The notes below the pieces were generated by a model. It saw only the letters and a list, made by a program, of their open reading frames with translations, was not told the DNA's origin and did not search any database. From positions 1 to 50,135 of IMG/VR virus record IMGVR_UViG_3300011128_000204: a stretch of 50,135 nucleotides of DNA, one strand, 5' to 3'. The number at the start of each line of letters is the position of its first letter. Within the stretch, counting starts at the first letter, position 1. This document shows positions 1 through 9,500 of this stretch, piece by piece. This DNA is from a virus. Lineage: Duplodnaviria > Caudoviricetes. The position numbers were made by a program, and so were the translations under genes.

Positions 1-933
1 AACGCTGCCGAGTGGGAGCCTTTATCTACAAACACGGCTGGCTCACTACGATGTTCTGCTGGATCTCAGATAATTGGCGGTCTTAGGGCTAGGCAAGAAA
101 CTTTAATCTGGACAGACGTTGCGCTGTATAGCCTACAGTTTATTGGCGCGCCACTGACGTTTGGTCTTACGCTTATCAATGAAGGCATAAGTTTAATTGG
201 GCCTAATGCGCCAGTGAACACACCTACTGGCATCTTCTGGATGGACAAGAAGGGTTTTTACGCATACCAAGGTTCGGTACAGCCCATCCCATGCAGCGTT
301 CACTCGTATGTATTTGATGACTTAAACGAAGATCAAGCATTCCAAGTGTTTGGGTTTCTCAATAAGCAGTTCAACGAGGTGGGTTGGTTCTATTGCTCCG
401 GTAGTTCAGAAACAATTGATCGTTATGTCACTTACAATTATGTAGACCAGACTTGGGCGATAGGCCAGTTAGCGCGTACTGCATGGCTTGATGAGGGCAT
501 TGCAAACGTGCCTAGAGCAGCAGGCTATGACGGCACAAACAACTACATCTATTCTCATGAGACTGGTTTTGATGATGACGGCTCCCCAATGGACAACGTG
601 TTTATTGAAAGTGCAGACTTTGATATTGGTGATGGCCAAGAGTTTCAGTTTATTAAAAGGGCCATCCCTGACGTTAAGTTTACAGGTAATGGTGGCACAG
701 ATCAGACCATTAACTTTGTTTTGAAGGCTAGAAATTATCCAGGGCAGTCTTTGACTACAGATCAAACATCTTCATTTACTGGCACAACAACCAAGATCGA
801 TACCCGTGCTAGGGGTCGGCAAGCGGTTGTGCGTTTTGAATCAGATGATGATGCATCCGCTGGCGTAAGGACGGGTGTAGGGTTTAGAATCGGTGCGACT
901 AGATTAGATCTTCAGCCAAATGGTAGAAGGTAA
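1..933 (+). CDS. Tail hub / packaged-DNA stabilisation protein (P22 gp10-like), 5'-truncated
   Basis: Frame is open from base 1 (NAAEWEPLSTNTAGSLR...); beta-rich, ends in RARGRQ...GFRIGATRLDLQPNGRR; precedes ejection genes. Confidence 0.7.
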   Translation, partial: NAAEWEPLSTNTAGSLRCSAGSQIIGGLRARQETLIWTDVALYSLQFIGAPLTFGLTLINEGISLIGPNAPVNTPTGIFWMDKKGFYAYQGSVQPIPCSVHSYVFDDLNEDQAFQVFGFLNKQFNEVGWFYCSGSSETIDRYVTYNYVDQTWAIGQLARTAWLDEGIANVPRAAGYDGTNNYIYSHETGFDDDGSPMDNVFIESADFDIGDGQEFQFIKRAIPDVKFTGNGGTDQTINFVLKARNYPGQSLTTDQTSSFTGTTTKIDTRARGRQAVVRFESDDDASAGVRTGVGFRIGATRLDLQPNGRR

Positions 934-935
934 GC

Positions 936-1280
936 ATGAGCAAGTTGCTACAGGGCAGATTACCATTTGCGCCTATGGCTCAGAATGTAGATGGAAATAC
1001 TTTTAACAAAGCTATTCGTTTGTTAGAACTTAGTTTAGATTCTTTTGACCCAGATTCTACACCTCAGTTCAATAGATCTGATAGAGACAAGTTAAAATTT
1101 AATACTGGCGATATAATATGGAACACATCCATTAATACGCTGCAGGTGTATGATGGAGATCAGTGGATAAGTTTGTCACAAGAACTGCCGTATACAACTG
1201 ACCCCTTAGAAGCTACGGGTAGAATCGGAACTGTTCAGGTTATTAATAAAGGCGCAATAGTAGTGAGTGTTGGTAAATGA
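936..1280 (+). CDS. Hypothetical virion-associated protein
   Basis: 114 aa ORF abutting its neighbours; GDIIWNTSINTLQVYDGDQW resembles short tail-fibre-type modules. Confidence 0.7.
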   Translation: MSKLLQGRLPFAPMAQNVDGNTFNKAIRLLELSLDSFDPDSTPQFNRSDRDKLKFNTGDIIWNTSINTLQVYDGDQWISLSQELPYTTDPLEATGRIGTVQVINKGAIVVSVGK

Positions 1281-1561
1281 CTAAATTATGTGCAAGAGGA
1301 AAGGCTGCAGCTAAACGAAAGTTTGATGTGTATCCATCAGCGTACGCAAATGCGTATGCCAGCAAAATCTGTGCAGGTACAATTAAAGACCCATCTGGTA
1401 AAAAGAGAAAAGACTTCAAGGGTCCAAAGCCCAAGACTAGTGGCACATTATCTGCTGCTAAAAGAGTTCGCACATCTCCTGCTTCTGCAAGAGGTAGAAG
1501 AAGAAATTTTAATGGCGGTGGATTTGTTGCCAAACGCGCTAGAGTTGCAGGTATAAAATGA
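1277..1561 (+). CDS. Small basic phage protein (DUF5872-like, YPSAYAN motif)
   Basis: AKRKFDVYPSAYANAYASKIC; ATGA overlaps at both ends; FNGGG tag. Confidence 0.7.
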   Translation: MTKLCARGKAAAKRKFDVYPSAYANAYASKICAGTIKDPSGKKRKDFKGPKPKTSGTLSAAKRVRTSPASARGRRRNFNGGGFVAKRARVAGIK

Positions 1562-1896
1562 GCCTTCAAGATTGGTTTGGTAAAGGCCCAAAAGGTGATT
1601 GGGTTGATATTGGAGCGCCAAAAGTAGACGGTAAGTTTCAAGCTTGCGGGCGCTCAAGTACCAAGGGATCAAAGCGCAAGTACCCTAAGTGCGTGCCTAG
1701 ATCTAAAGCAAAACAGATGACCGCTTCAGAAAAAACTAGCGCAGTAAAACGCAAGCGCGCAAAAGCACAAGGTGTAAGCGGCAAGCCTACCAATGTTAAA
1801 ACATTTGCCCGTGACGGTGGGTTGATTGAAAAAAGAAACCACCGTGGTTGTGGCGCAGTGATGTCTGACCGTAGAAAGCAGACAAGGTATTCCTGA
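1558..1896 (+). CDS. Small basic phage protein
   Basis: WVDIG...CGR...KYPKCVP pattern; overlaps neighbours; ARDGG tag and RGCGAV tail. Confidence 0.75.
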   Translation: MSLQDWFGKGPKGDWVDIGAPKVDGKFQACGRSSTKGSKRKYPKCVPRSKAKQMTASEKTSAVKRKRAKAQGVSGKPTNVKTFARDGGLIEKRNHRGCGAVMSDRRKQTRYS

Positions 1897-2252
1897 TGTT
1901 TAAGCGATACGCAAAAGAGTTTAAGGATGGTGGCATCGTTGGTGGCAGATCTAGAGCCGCTAAACGTAAGCGCGACAAGCCAATACCAAAGACCACTACC
2001 GGCAAGTCTGCCAACTACCTGCCTACTAAATCAGGCGCAGGCATGACAGAAGCTGGTGTAAAAGCCTATCGCAAAGCAAATCCAGGTAGTAAACTCAAGA
2101 CTGCAGTAACAGAAGATAAGCCAACAGGCAAGAGAGCAAAGAGAAGAAAGTCTTTTTGTGCTAGATCTGCAGGCCAAATGAAGAAGTTTCCGAAAGCAGC
2201 GAAAGATCCTAACTCAAGATTGCGTCAGGCTAGACGCAGATGGAAGTGTTAA
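1896..2252 (+). CDS. Small basic phage protein (DUF6321-like)
   Basis: GMTEAGVKAYR..NPGSKLKTAV...RRKSFCAR...DPNSRLRQARRRWKC; FKDGG tag. Confidence 0.75.
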   Translation: MFKRYAKEFKDGGIVGGRSRAAKRKRDKPIPKTTTGKSANYLPTKSGAGMTEAGVKAYRKANPGSKLKTAVTEDKPTGKRAKRRKSFCARSAGQMKKFPKAAKDPNSRLRQARRRWKC

Positions 2253-2253
2253 C

Positions 2254-3336
2254 ATGTCAAATGAATATCGAAACTTAAATGTGGGTCAACGCCAAGCCCT
2301 TGTGGGGCAAGGCGTAGAGCAAGCTTATAGGGACGCAGATTTTAGTCGGTTTGGCGGAGGAAGCCCTTTAGAGTCAGGCAAAGATTCCTCTCTTCTTGGA
2401 AGGGGTGGCGTAAATCCATTTGCAGGAATATTTAATCAACAACGCATGCCTGGAGCGCAATACGCAAACTACGAAAGGGCAGCGCCAAATGTTGGCGGCC
2501 CACTTCAAGCGCCACAAGTTCCAGCAGGCTTTGTTCCTCCAGGCACGCAGCCAGTAGTTCTTCCCAACCCAAACGCCCCCGCACCTACAACTTCAACAGA
2601 ACCAACCGACCCAGCCACTCAAGCTGAAGAACTCTTAGCCGACATAAATGAATTTCGTATTATAGAAGGACTAGAACCTTTTGAAACATTTGAGGAGTTT
2701 CAAAGAGATATTGGCATATTCGAGGGCATAGGCAACATAGGAATGGCTGACGGTGGCATTGCCTCTCTTGAGCCGCAGTACTTTGAGGGCGGTGGTCTTG
2801 CTGGGTTAATGAGCGGTATTGGCGGCGGTATCACAAGCGCCTTGGGCGGTATTGGTGGTGCTATGACCGGAGTGGGAGGCGCGATTCAAAACGCTTTTAA
2901 AAACTATCAAGACAATACCGCAAAGCAAGAAAAAGACATTGATCAAATGACTCGTGAAGAGCTTCTTGAATATATCAAGAGTGGCAAGAAATCTTCTGCG
3001 GGTGGTTTTAATGTTGAAGGTATTCAAAAACTATTTGGCGGTGGTGGAGGCGAGGCTGCAGGGGGAATAGCTTCAGCACCTCCAATAATGGCGGCTGATG
3101 GCGACTTTGTTGAATACCCTCGTATGAATGGACAAATATCAGGTCCAGGCACAGAGCGATCAGACGATATAAAAGCCATGCTTAGTGATGGTGAGTTTGT
3201 TGTAAATGCCAAGGCTGTGCGAGGCATTGGTAAGATGGATGGCGCTAATGGCAGCAAACAAGAGCAAAGACAAAAGGGTGCGCGTATGATGTACGCCATG
3301 CAGAAAGCTGGTGAACAAGCGATGAGGAATTCGTAA
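2254..3336 (+). CDS. Putative internal virion protein with C-terminal GPGT..SD...LSDGEFV domain
   Basis: 360 aa, Gly/Pro-rich; C-terminal GPGTERSDDIKAMLSDGEFVVNAKAV resembles a module found in tape-measure protein C-termini. Confidence 0.7.
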   Translation: MSNEYRNLNVGQRQALVGQGVEQAYRDADFSRFGGGSPLESGKDSSLLGRGGVNPFAGIFNQQRMPGAQYANYERAAPNVGGPLQAPQVPAGFVPPGTQPVVLPNPNAPAPTTSTEPTDPATQAEELLADINEFRIIEGLEPFETFEEFQRDIGIFEGIGNIGMADGGIASLEPQYFEGGGLAGLMSGIGGGITSALGGIGGAMTGVGGAIQNAFKNYQDNTAKQEKDIDQMTREELLEYIKSGKKSSAGGFNVEGIQKLFGGGGGEAAGGIASAPPIMAADGDFVEYPRMNGQISGPGTERSDDIKAMLSDGEFVVNAKAVRGIGKMDGANGSKQEQRQKGARMMYAMQKAGEQAMRNS

Positions 3337-5384
3337 TGGCTAATAAAAAACACCCTATGAAGAAACAGGCTGATAGGTTAGCCAAGCAAGGTCGTTACGG
3401 AGATTCAATGCTGGTTCACATGAACCCAGCAGAAGTTGATGCTTTAAGAAAAACTTCACCAATAGGTGATTTAACAATCAACCCTCAAACGGGTCACCCA
3501 GAAGCTTTTGTTCAGTTTATTCCTGCAGCTTTAGCTGCGGCTGGTGCATTTGCTGGTGGAAAATCTAAAACAAAGCAAACAGACGAATCAACCCCAACAG
3601 TTTCTCCGCAAGCTTCACAATCATATTCATCTGCCCCTATGGAGAGGCTTTCTAGGCAGTTGATGGATTCGTATTTCAATCCTGAATACGGAATGATTAA
3701 CCAGCAGATTCCCATCCCTGTTCAACAGATCGCTGGCCTATCACCACAAGAAATTCAAGCCCGTAACTTAGCGGGTGGTTTAGGCGGCTTTGGCGCACAA
3801 CTTGCTGAAGCTCAAGACATGTACCGTCAAGGCTCTCAGGCATTTGACCCTGGCTCTGCTGGATTGTTTGCAGACCCTCAAGCCCGTGCCTTATATGAAC
3901 AAAGCACTCGTGGCTATGACCCCAGCATGGGCCAACAGTTCATGGACCAAGATGCACGCCGCATGATGATGGGCGCTGCTGATGACATCCGTGGTGCAGG
4001 CCAAGGTATATCTGGAGAGGTAGGTTCTGCACAACAACAAGCCGCACAAGCCGCTGCCCGTGCTAGAGGCCAAACAGAAATGGCTGGCAGAGATCTTAGA
4101 TCTGCTGGTCAGATGGGTCAGTCTGCTGCAATGCAGGGCATAGCGGGACTAGCAGGTACTGGTGATCAGTACGATCCATCGTCTGCCAGCAGCTTCATGG
4201 ACCCATTCAATAGAGATGTAATTGACGCACAACAAGCAGAGATTGCGCGCCTAGGTGAGAAGCAAAAGATTGCTGCTCGTGATCAGGCTGTTAAATCAGG
4301 TGCATTTGGTGGCTCTCGCGGTGCTATTGCAGAGGCTGAGATAGGCCGCAACGTATTACAACAACAAGCTAAGACCGGCGCTGAGTTGCGCTCACAAGGC
4401 TTCCAGCAGGCCCAACAGCAGGCTCAACAATCGTTTGAGCAAGCGCAGGGACGTAGACAACAGGCAGCACAAATGACTGGCTCACTGGGTCAAGCAGGCG
4501 CTCAGACGGGTATATCTGCAGCACAACAGGCAGCTAACCTAGGCTTGTCTGCAGAGCAACTTGCTCAACGTGGCGCGCTTGAGGGTGGTCAACTTGGTCT
4601 TTCAGGGCAGCAAGGTATTGGTTCTTTAGCCGCTCAACGCGCAGGCATTGGCCAAAACTTAGGTAGTCAATTTCAGTCTGCACAGCAGCTTGGATCTAAT
4701 GTATTCGGCAATCAAATGAATCGAATGCAGGGCGCAGCATCTGGCATGGGTGGCTTGACCAACCAGCAGATGAGTAATGCCATGAATGCTTACCAAATGA
4801 CAGGCGCTAATCAAAGAGCAGGCGCGCAAGGTATTGCAGGTCTAGGTCAGCAAGGTCAGAACATGCTCACAAGCCAGATTGGTACGCTTGGTGGTCTTGG
4901 TCAAACAGGCAGAGGCATTCAACAGCGCGGACTTGATGCTCAGTACAAGGCTGGTACTCAAATGGCTGATGAGCCGTTCATGAGACTGCAGCGTGGCTTT
5001 AATGTTATGGGGCAGGGTGCTGCATACATGCCAACATACACTACAGGCTACGGAACTGGACAGCAGCAAGTTGCTACATCTCAAGTACCTGGCACTGCAG
5101 CTAGAGCAATGAACGCGCTTTCGTTTGGATCAAACTTCCTTCCTGCTTCTGACATTCGCTTGAAAGAAAACGTAGTCAAGGTAGATGAAGTTGAGCCAGG
5201 TGTGGGTTGGTACACATGGGATTGGAATGATACCGCTAAAGCCATGGGTATTGATGATCAGACTGAAGGTGTGATTGCACAAGAACTCAAGGAAATTAAA
5301 CCATCTGCTGTGGTAATGGCAGATGATGGTTATTATCGTGTAGATTATTCGCAAGTTAAGCGTAAAAGAACAGGGGTTCAGTAA
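3336..5384 (+). CDS. Putative DNA ejection/pilot protein with C-terminal peptidase S74-like intramolecular chaperone
   Basis: Gln/Gly/Ala-rich helical body with GAFGGSR motif; C-terminal SDIRLKEN...GVIAQE...YYRVDY. Confidence 0.75.
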   Translation: MANKKHPMKKQADRLAKQGRYGDSMLVHMNPAEVDALRKTSPIGDLTINPQTGHPEAFVQFIPAALAAAGAFAGGKSKTKQTDESTPTVSPQASQSYSSAPMERLSRQLMDSYFNPEYGMINQQIPIPVQQIAGLSPQEIQARNLAGGLGGFGAQLAEAQDMYRQGSQAFDPGSAGLFADPQARALYEQSTRGYDPSMGQQFMDQDARRMMMGAADDIRGAGQGISGEVGSAQQQAAQAAARARGQTEMAGRDLRSAGQMGQSAAMQGIAGLAGTGDQYDPSSASSFMDPFNRDVIDAQQAEIARLGEKQKIAARDQAVKSGAFGGSRGAIAEAEIGRNVLQQQAKTGAELRSQGFQQAQQQAQQSFEQAQGRRQQAAQMTGSLGQAGAQTGISAAQQAANLGLSAEQLAQRGALEGGQLGLSGQQGIGSLAAQRAGIGQNLGSQFQSAQQLGSNVFGNQMNRMQGAASGMGGLTNQQMSNAMNAYQMTGANQRAGAQGIAGLGQQGQNMLTSQIGTLGGLGQTGRGIQQRGLDAQYKAGTQMADEPFMRLQRGFNVMGQGAAYMPTYTTGYGTGQQQVATSQVPGTAARAMNALSFGSNFLPASDIRLKENVVKVDEVEPGVGWYTWDWNDTAKAMGIDDQTEGVIAQELKEIKPSAVVMADDGYYRVDYSQVKRKRTGVQ

Positions 5385-6565
5385 TGTACGATGAGATTAT
5401 GAACAGACCAATGTTTCAAACGCCACAGCAGCGTCAAGGCGCTGGCATCATGGCAGGCGTTGCGCCTATCCGTGGGTATGCAGATGGCGATTTGGTTGAA
5501 GACGATGACTCTATGATCGCATCTCTTTTGGCTCAAGCCGAAGAACTTCCAGAATCTTTGTCAAACTTAACCATGGAAGATGCTGTTGGTTATGTTAAAG
5601 AGAACCCAGAAATATTGCTTGCGGCAATTCCTGGTCTCGGTGTAGCGGGTGGGGTTGCGATTAAGTTTGGCCCAGGGGCTGCGCGAGGCGCTGTTTCTCT
5701 TGGCAGAAGATTGCTTGCTAAGAAAAAGCCAGGCAAGGATTTGGTTCCATATGCAAGCAAACTTGATAAAGCAAAAGATGTTGGCAAGCAGGCTGGTAGC
5801 GGTATATCTAAAGTAATTAGAAATCCAATTAAATCTACTATTGCTGGTACAGGAATTTATGCGTTAGCAGAACAATTTCCAGACCTAGAACTAGATAAAT
5901 TAATGGATCAACCAGAGGTTAGAGCTTTATACGAAACGCTTCCAGAAGGTCTTAGGGATGTTATTTCGCCTGACGTTGGAGAGCGAGTAGAACTTACAGG
6001 CTCTGCTGCCAAGCGATTAGATGCGGCAAAAAAAGCTAAAGCTGCAGGGTTTCCTGATGAAAAACCTGTAGTCCAGCAAGGTCCACCGCCACCACCCCCA
6101 GAACCTCCTTCAATGTACGAAAGAGCAAAAGGTTTCTTGCAAGATCCTGCGAACCAATATGCTTTTGCTAAGGCTGCTGCGCCATCTGAAGGCGCTACAC
6201 CCCGTAACTTCGCTAGTGATTTTGTTTTAGGCAAAGAAGAATATAAAACCATAGAAGCTGCTAGGGGTGATGAGACAGCATTGGAGCAAAACCTTGCCCT
6301 CTTAAGAAGAGAGAAGCCAGAAGCAAGTGTTGATGAGTTGCTTAACTTGCTGTTAAGTAAAGATACTGCAAGTGAACTTGCTCAACAGGTGCGAACTCAA
6401 ACATTGTCATTGTTCGGAGAACTGCGCGGTGATGATATGAATACAAAAGTTAGTGATGCTGAATTGATGGCTAGAGCGCAAAACATAGTTTTTGGAACAA
6501 TGACTGGAGGCGCTCCTGCAGCAGCAAGCCAAGGCGAAACAATAGATCTTGAAGTTTCTGAATAA
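5384..6565 (+). CDS. Putative ejection/internal virion protein
   Basis: 393 aa, lies between two ejection-like genes, translationally coupled; N-terminal RPMF and YADGD motifs. Confidence 0.6.
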   Translation: MYDEIMNRPMFQTPQQRQGAGIMAGVAPIRGYADGDLVEDDDSMIASLLAQAEELPESLSNLTMEDAVGYVKENPEILLAAIPGLGVAGGVAIKFGPGAARGAVSLGRRLLAKKKPGKDLVPYASKLDKAKDVGKQAGSGISKVIRNPIKSTIAGTGIYALAEQFPDLELDKLMDQPEVRALYETLPEGLRDVISPDVGERVELTGSAAKRLDAAKKAKAAGFPDEKPVVQQGPPPPPPEPPSMYERAKGFLQDPANQYAFAKAAAPSEGATPRNFASDFVLGKEEYKTIEAARGDETALEQNLALLRREKPEASVDELLNLLLSKDTASELAQQVRTQTLSLFGELRGDDMNTKVSDAELMARAQNIVFGTMTGGAPAAASQGETIDLEVSE

Positions 6566-9500
6566 TGATCACTGTAAGGTTGCCTGATGGCAGATCTGTA
6601 AATGTAAATACAGATGATCAAGATGCGGCTAGAAGAACCGCCCAAAAATACTTAAATGAAAACCCACTGGTTGAGCGTGGCGCAGAGTTAGCTGAAGAAG
6701 ATATCTCAGCAGTAGGCGATGTTGCTAGAGGCTTAGGTGCCAGTGTTGTAAGCGCGGCTGAAGGTATTGCCACGCTACCTATGGAATTAGCAGGCTCTGA
6801 TGAAGAAAACATTCAGACAGTCAGAGACTTTTTCAACAAGTACAAGCCAGAGACTCAAACTGAATTAGGCAAAGCTGTAAGATTTATTGGGCAGTTTGCC
6901 ATTCCAGGTGGGGCTGCTATGAAGTTGGCCAAGGGGCTAGGTACTTCAGGCAAGATAGGCGCTGCAATAGCTACAGACATAGCTGTAACCACACCTGATG
7001 TTGAGACTCTAGGCGACTTCTTCGATGCTGGCCCAACCAAAAGGATTGATACATCCGATTTAGCGGGGGCAGAACTTGCTGCAGCTAACTTATCAAACCG
7101 ACTTCGTGTAGGTGCAGAGGGCGCGGCTGTGGTCCTTGGCGTTCCAGCTATTGCAAAGCTTGGCGCTAAAGCTGTTGGCGCTGGAGCAGATGCTCTAGCC
7201 GGTACAGACTTTATTAAAGCAGCAGCGCAAGCCATTAAAGACCCAAATACACCCTTTAGTAATGTTGGTGTTAGGCCAGATCTTGAAGATCCTACATTCC
7301 TGCAACGAAACTTTGAACGTTTAGGTAAGGTTGGGAGAAAGTATTTTTCTCAACAAGGAGAGTTGCCCGATAGGTTTACAGCCATGTATGACGCTATACG
7401 GGTATCACATATAGCGGCGAAGAACTCAAAGGCAAGACAAGCTGTTGAGAAGATGGAGAACGCTTTGTCTTTTGCCAACAAGAATGAAGGTATATTCAAC
7501 GGGCAAAACAAATCAGAAATTCTTGATACGTTAAACAATTATCTTTTTGCAGAAACCACAGGCATGAAGGCTGGGGTATCAAGGGATACCATAAGAAACA
7601 ACGCCGAAAGACAGCTTAGAGAAGTTGACGATATCATTGCCAAGAACGCGCCTAAAAGCTTGTTTGGCGGCAAGAAAAACTTAAGTCTTTTTGATGGCGC
7701 AAAAGAACTGCGTGATCATATTGATGGGTTGAGCGGTTCTGTAAGAAGCATTTTAGATGATTCACTTCTTCCTGAAGAATCAAAGCAAGCCTTGATCGAT
7801 ACCATTGGTAATAACGAAACATTCTACGGAATGCGTTTGTATCGAGCTTTAGATGATGTGAATTACAAACCAACAGTTGAACAAGAAGCTTTAGCTGTTG
7901 ATGAACTGGTTAAGTCTAGCGCAGGACTTGATGAAGCTTCTAAGTTAAATTCTAATCAAGCAAAAGAATTGCTAAACAGTATGATGCAAAGCGATTTTAA
8001 CAACGCTGCCATGAAGCCTAAAGATGTTGTTGATCCACCAACTTTGAATGGTGTATCTCAAGGCATGCTTAAAAATAGGCGGTTAGATACTTTACCTGCA
8101 GTTAGAGACTTTTTAGGTGAGTACACTGGCGCTAAAGATGTGGTCGCTAGGTTCAAGCCTGAACGCATAAGAGCACGAGATGTTGCAGAGCAAGAAGCGG
8201 GTCTTCGCACCAAGATGATTGAGACTGTTGATGTTATGTCAAAGCACATAGCTAAAGCCGACTATTACAAAAACCTTATTAATTACAACAACAAGCTTGG
8301 AGATCGTAAGTTTATCTTTGATAGCTTGCCTCCCAATGCTCGTGTCGGGGAATACTCCAAGATAGGATCAGAATCTTCTAACCCTTTAAGTGAAATATCA
8401 GAGGGTCAGATATCTAGGTTTGGTCCGCTTGCTGGCAAATATATAAAGAACGAGTACAAAGCTGCCCTTGAAGGTGGTGCTGATATTTTTGATTTAGCCA
8501 AAGGGGGCATACCGCTTTACTCGACGTTCCTAGGCTTGAAGGGTTTGTCTCAAATAGCTAAAACAGTTTACAGCCCAATCACCCAGATAAGAAACGCGAC
8601 AACAGCCAGCTTCTTCGCATTGGCTAATGGTAATGTCGGCAACTCAAAAGCTTTGGCAAATTCTGTATCAACTGTATTCAGTAATTTAAACCAAAGATTG
8701 ACTGGGCCAGGTAAAAGCAACGCCACTCTTGCGGAAAGACAAGATTATTACAATGACCTTATTGATTTGGGTGTTGTTAATACTAACGCCAAAATTGGCG
8801 AGTTTGAATCGCTCATGAGTGATGCGGCAGAGGGTACTGGAATTGGTTCTGGGCTTGGCAAAGCCATGTTCAAAAAAACCCAAGGGTTACAAAACAGTTT
8901 TGCTGCAAAGCTTTATCAAGCATCTGATGATGTGTGGAAAACATACAGTTATGAAATGGAACTTGGTCGGCTTGAAAATGTGTTTGGTAAAAACCCTAAT
9001 GCATCAATAGCTGTATCTGACCCAAGAAACTTTACAGAGTTTGGGCCGGTCATAAGGGCTTCTGAATTAACTGAAGAGCAACTAAAGCTTGCGATGAAAC
9101 GTGAAGCTGCAGAGATTGTCAAAGACACCGTGCCTAACTACTCTCGCGTTCCAGAGTACATTAAAAGGCTAAGGCAAATGCCGTTTGGTAACTTCGTTGC
9201 CTTCCCTGCTGAGATGATCAGGACCAGCGGGAACATTCTTGGTCGAAGCATTAAGGAGTTAGCAAGCGAGTCTCCAGAGATTCGTGAAATAGGTATGAGG
9301 CGCTTAATGGGCCTCACATCTGTGAACGTAGCAATACCAACTTCTTTGGTTAAAGCAGGAACAATTTTAACTGGCGCGGATCAAGAACAGATAGATGCTT
9401 ACAAGCGTTCTATGGCCGCTGATTGGGATAGAAACTCTACGTTAATACCTGTGGCTACAGATAAAAATGGCAAGGTTACCGACTTCTATAACTTCTCGTA

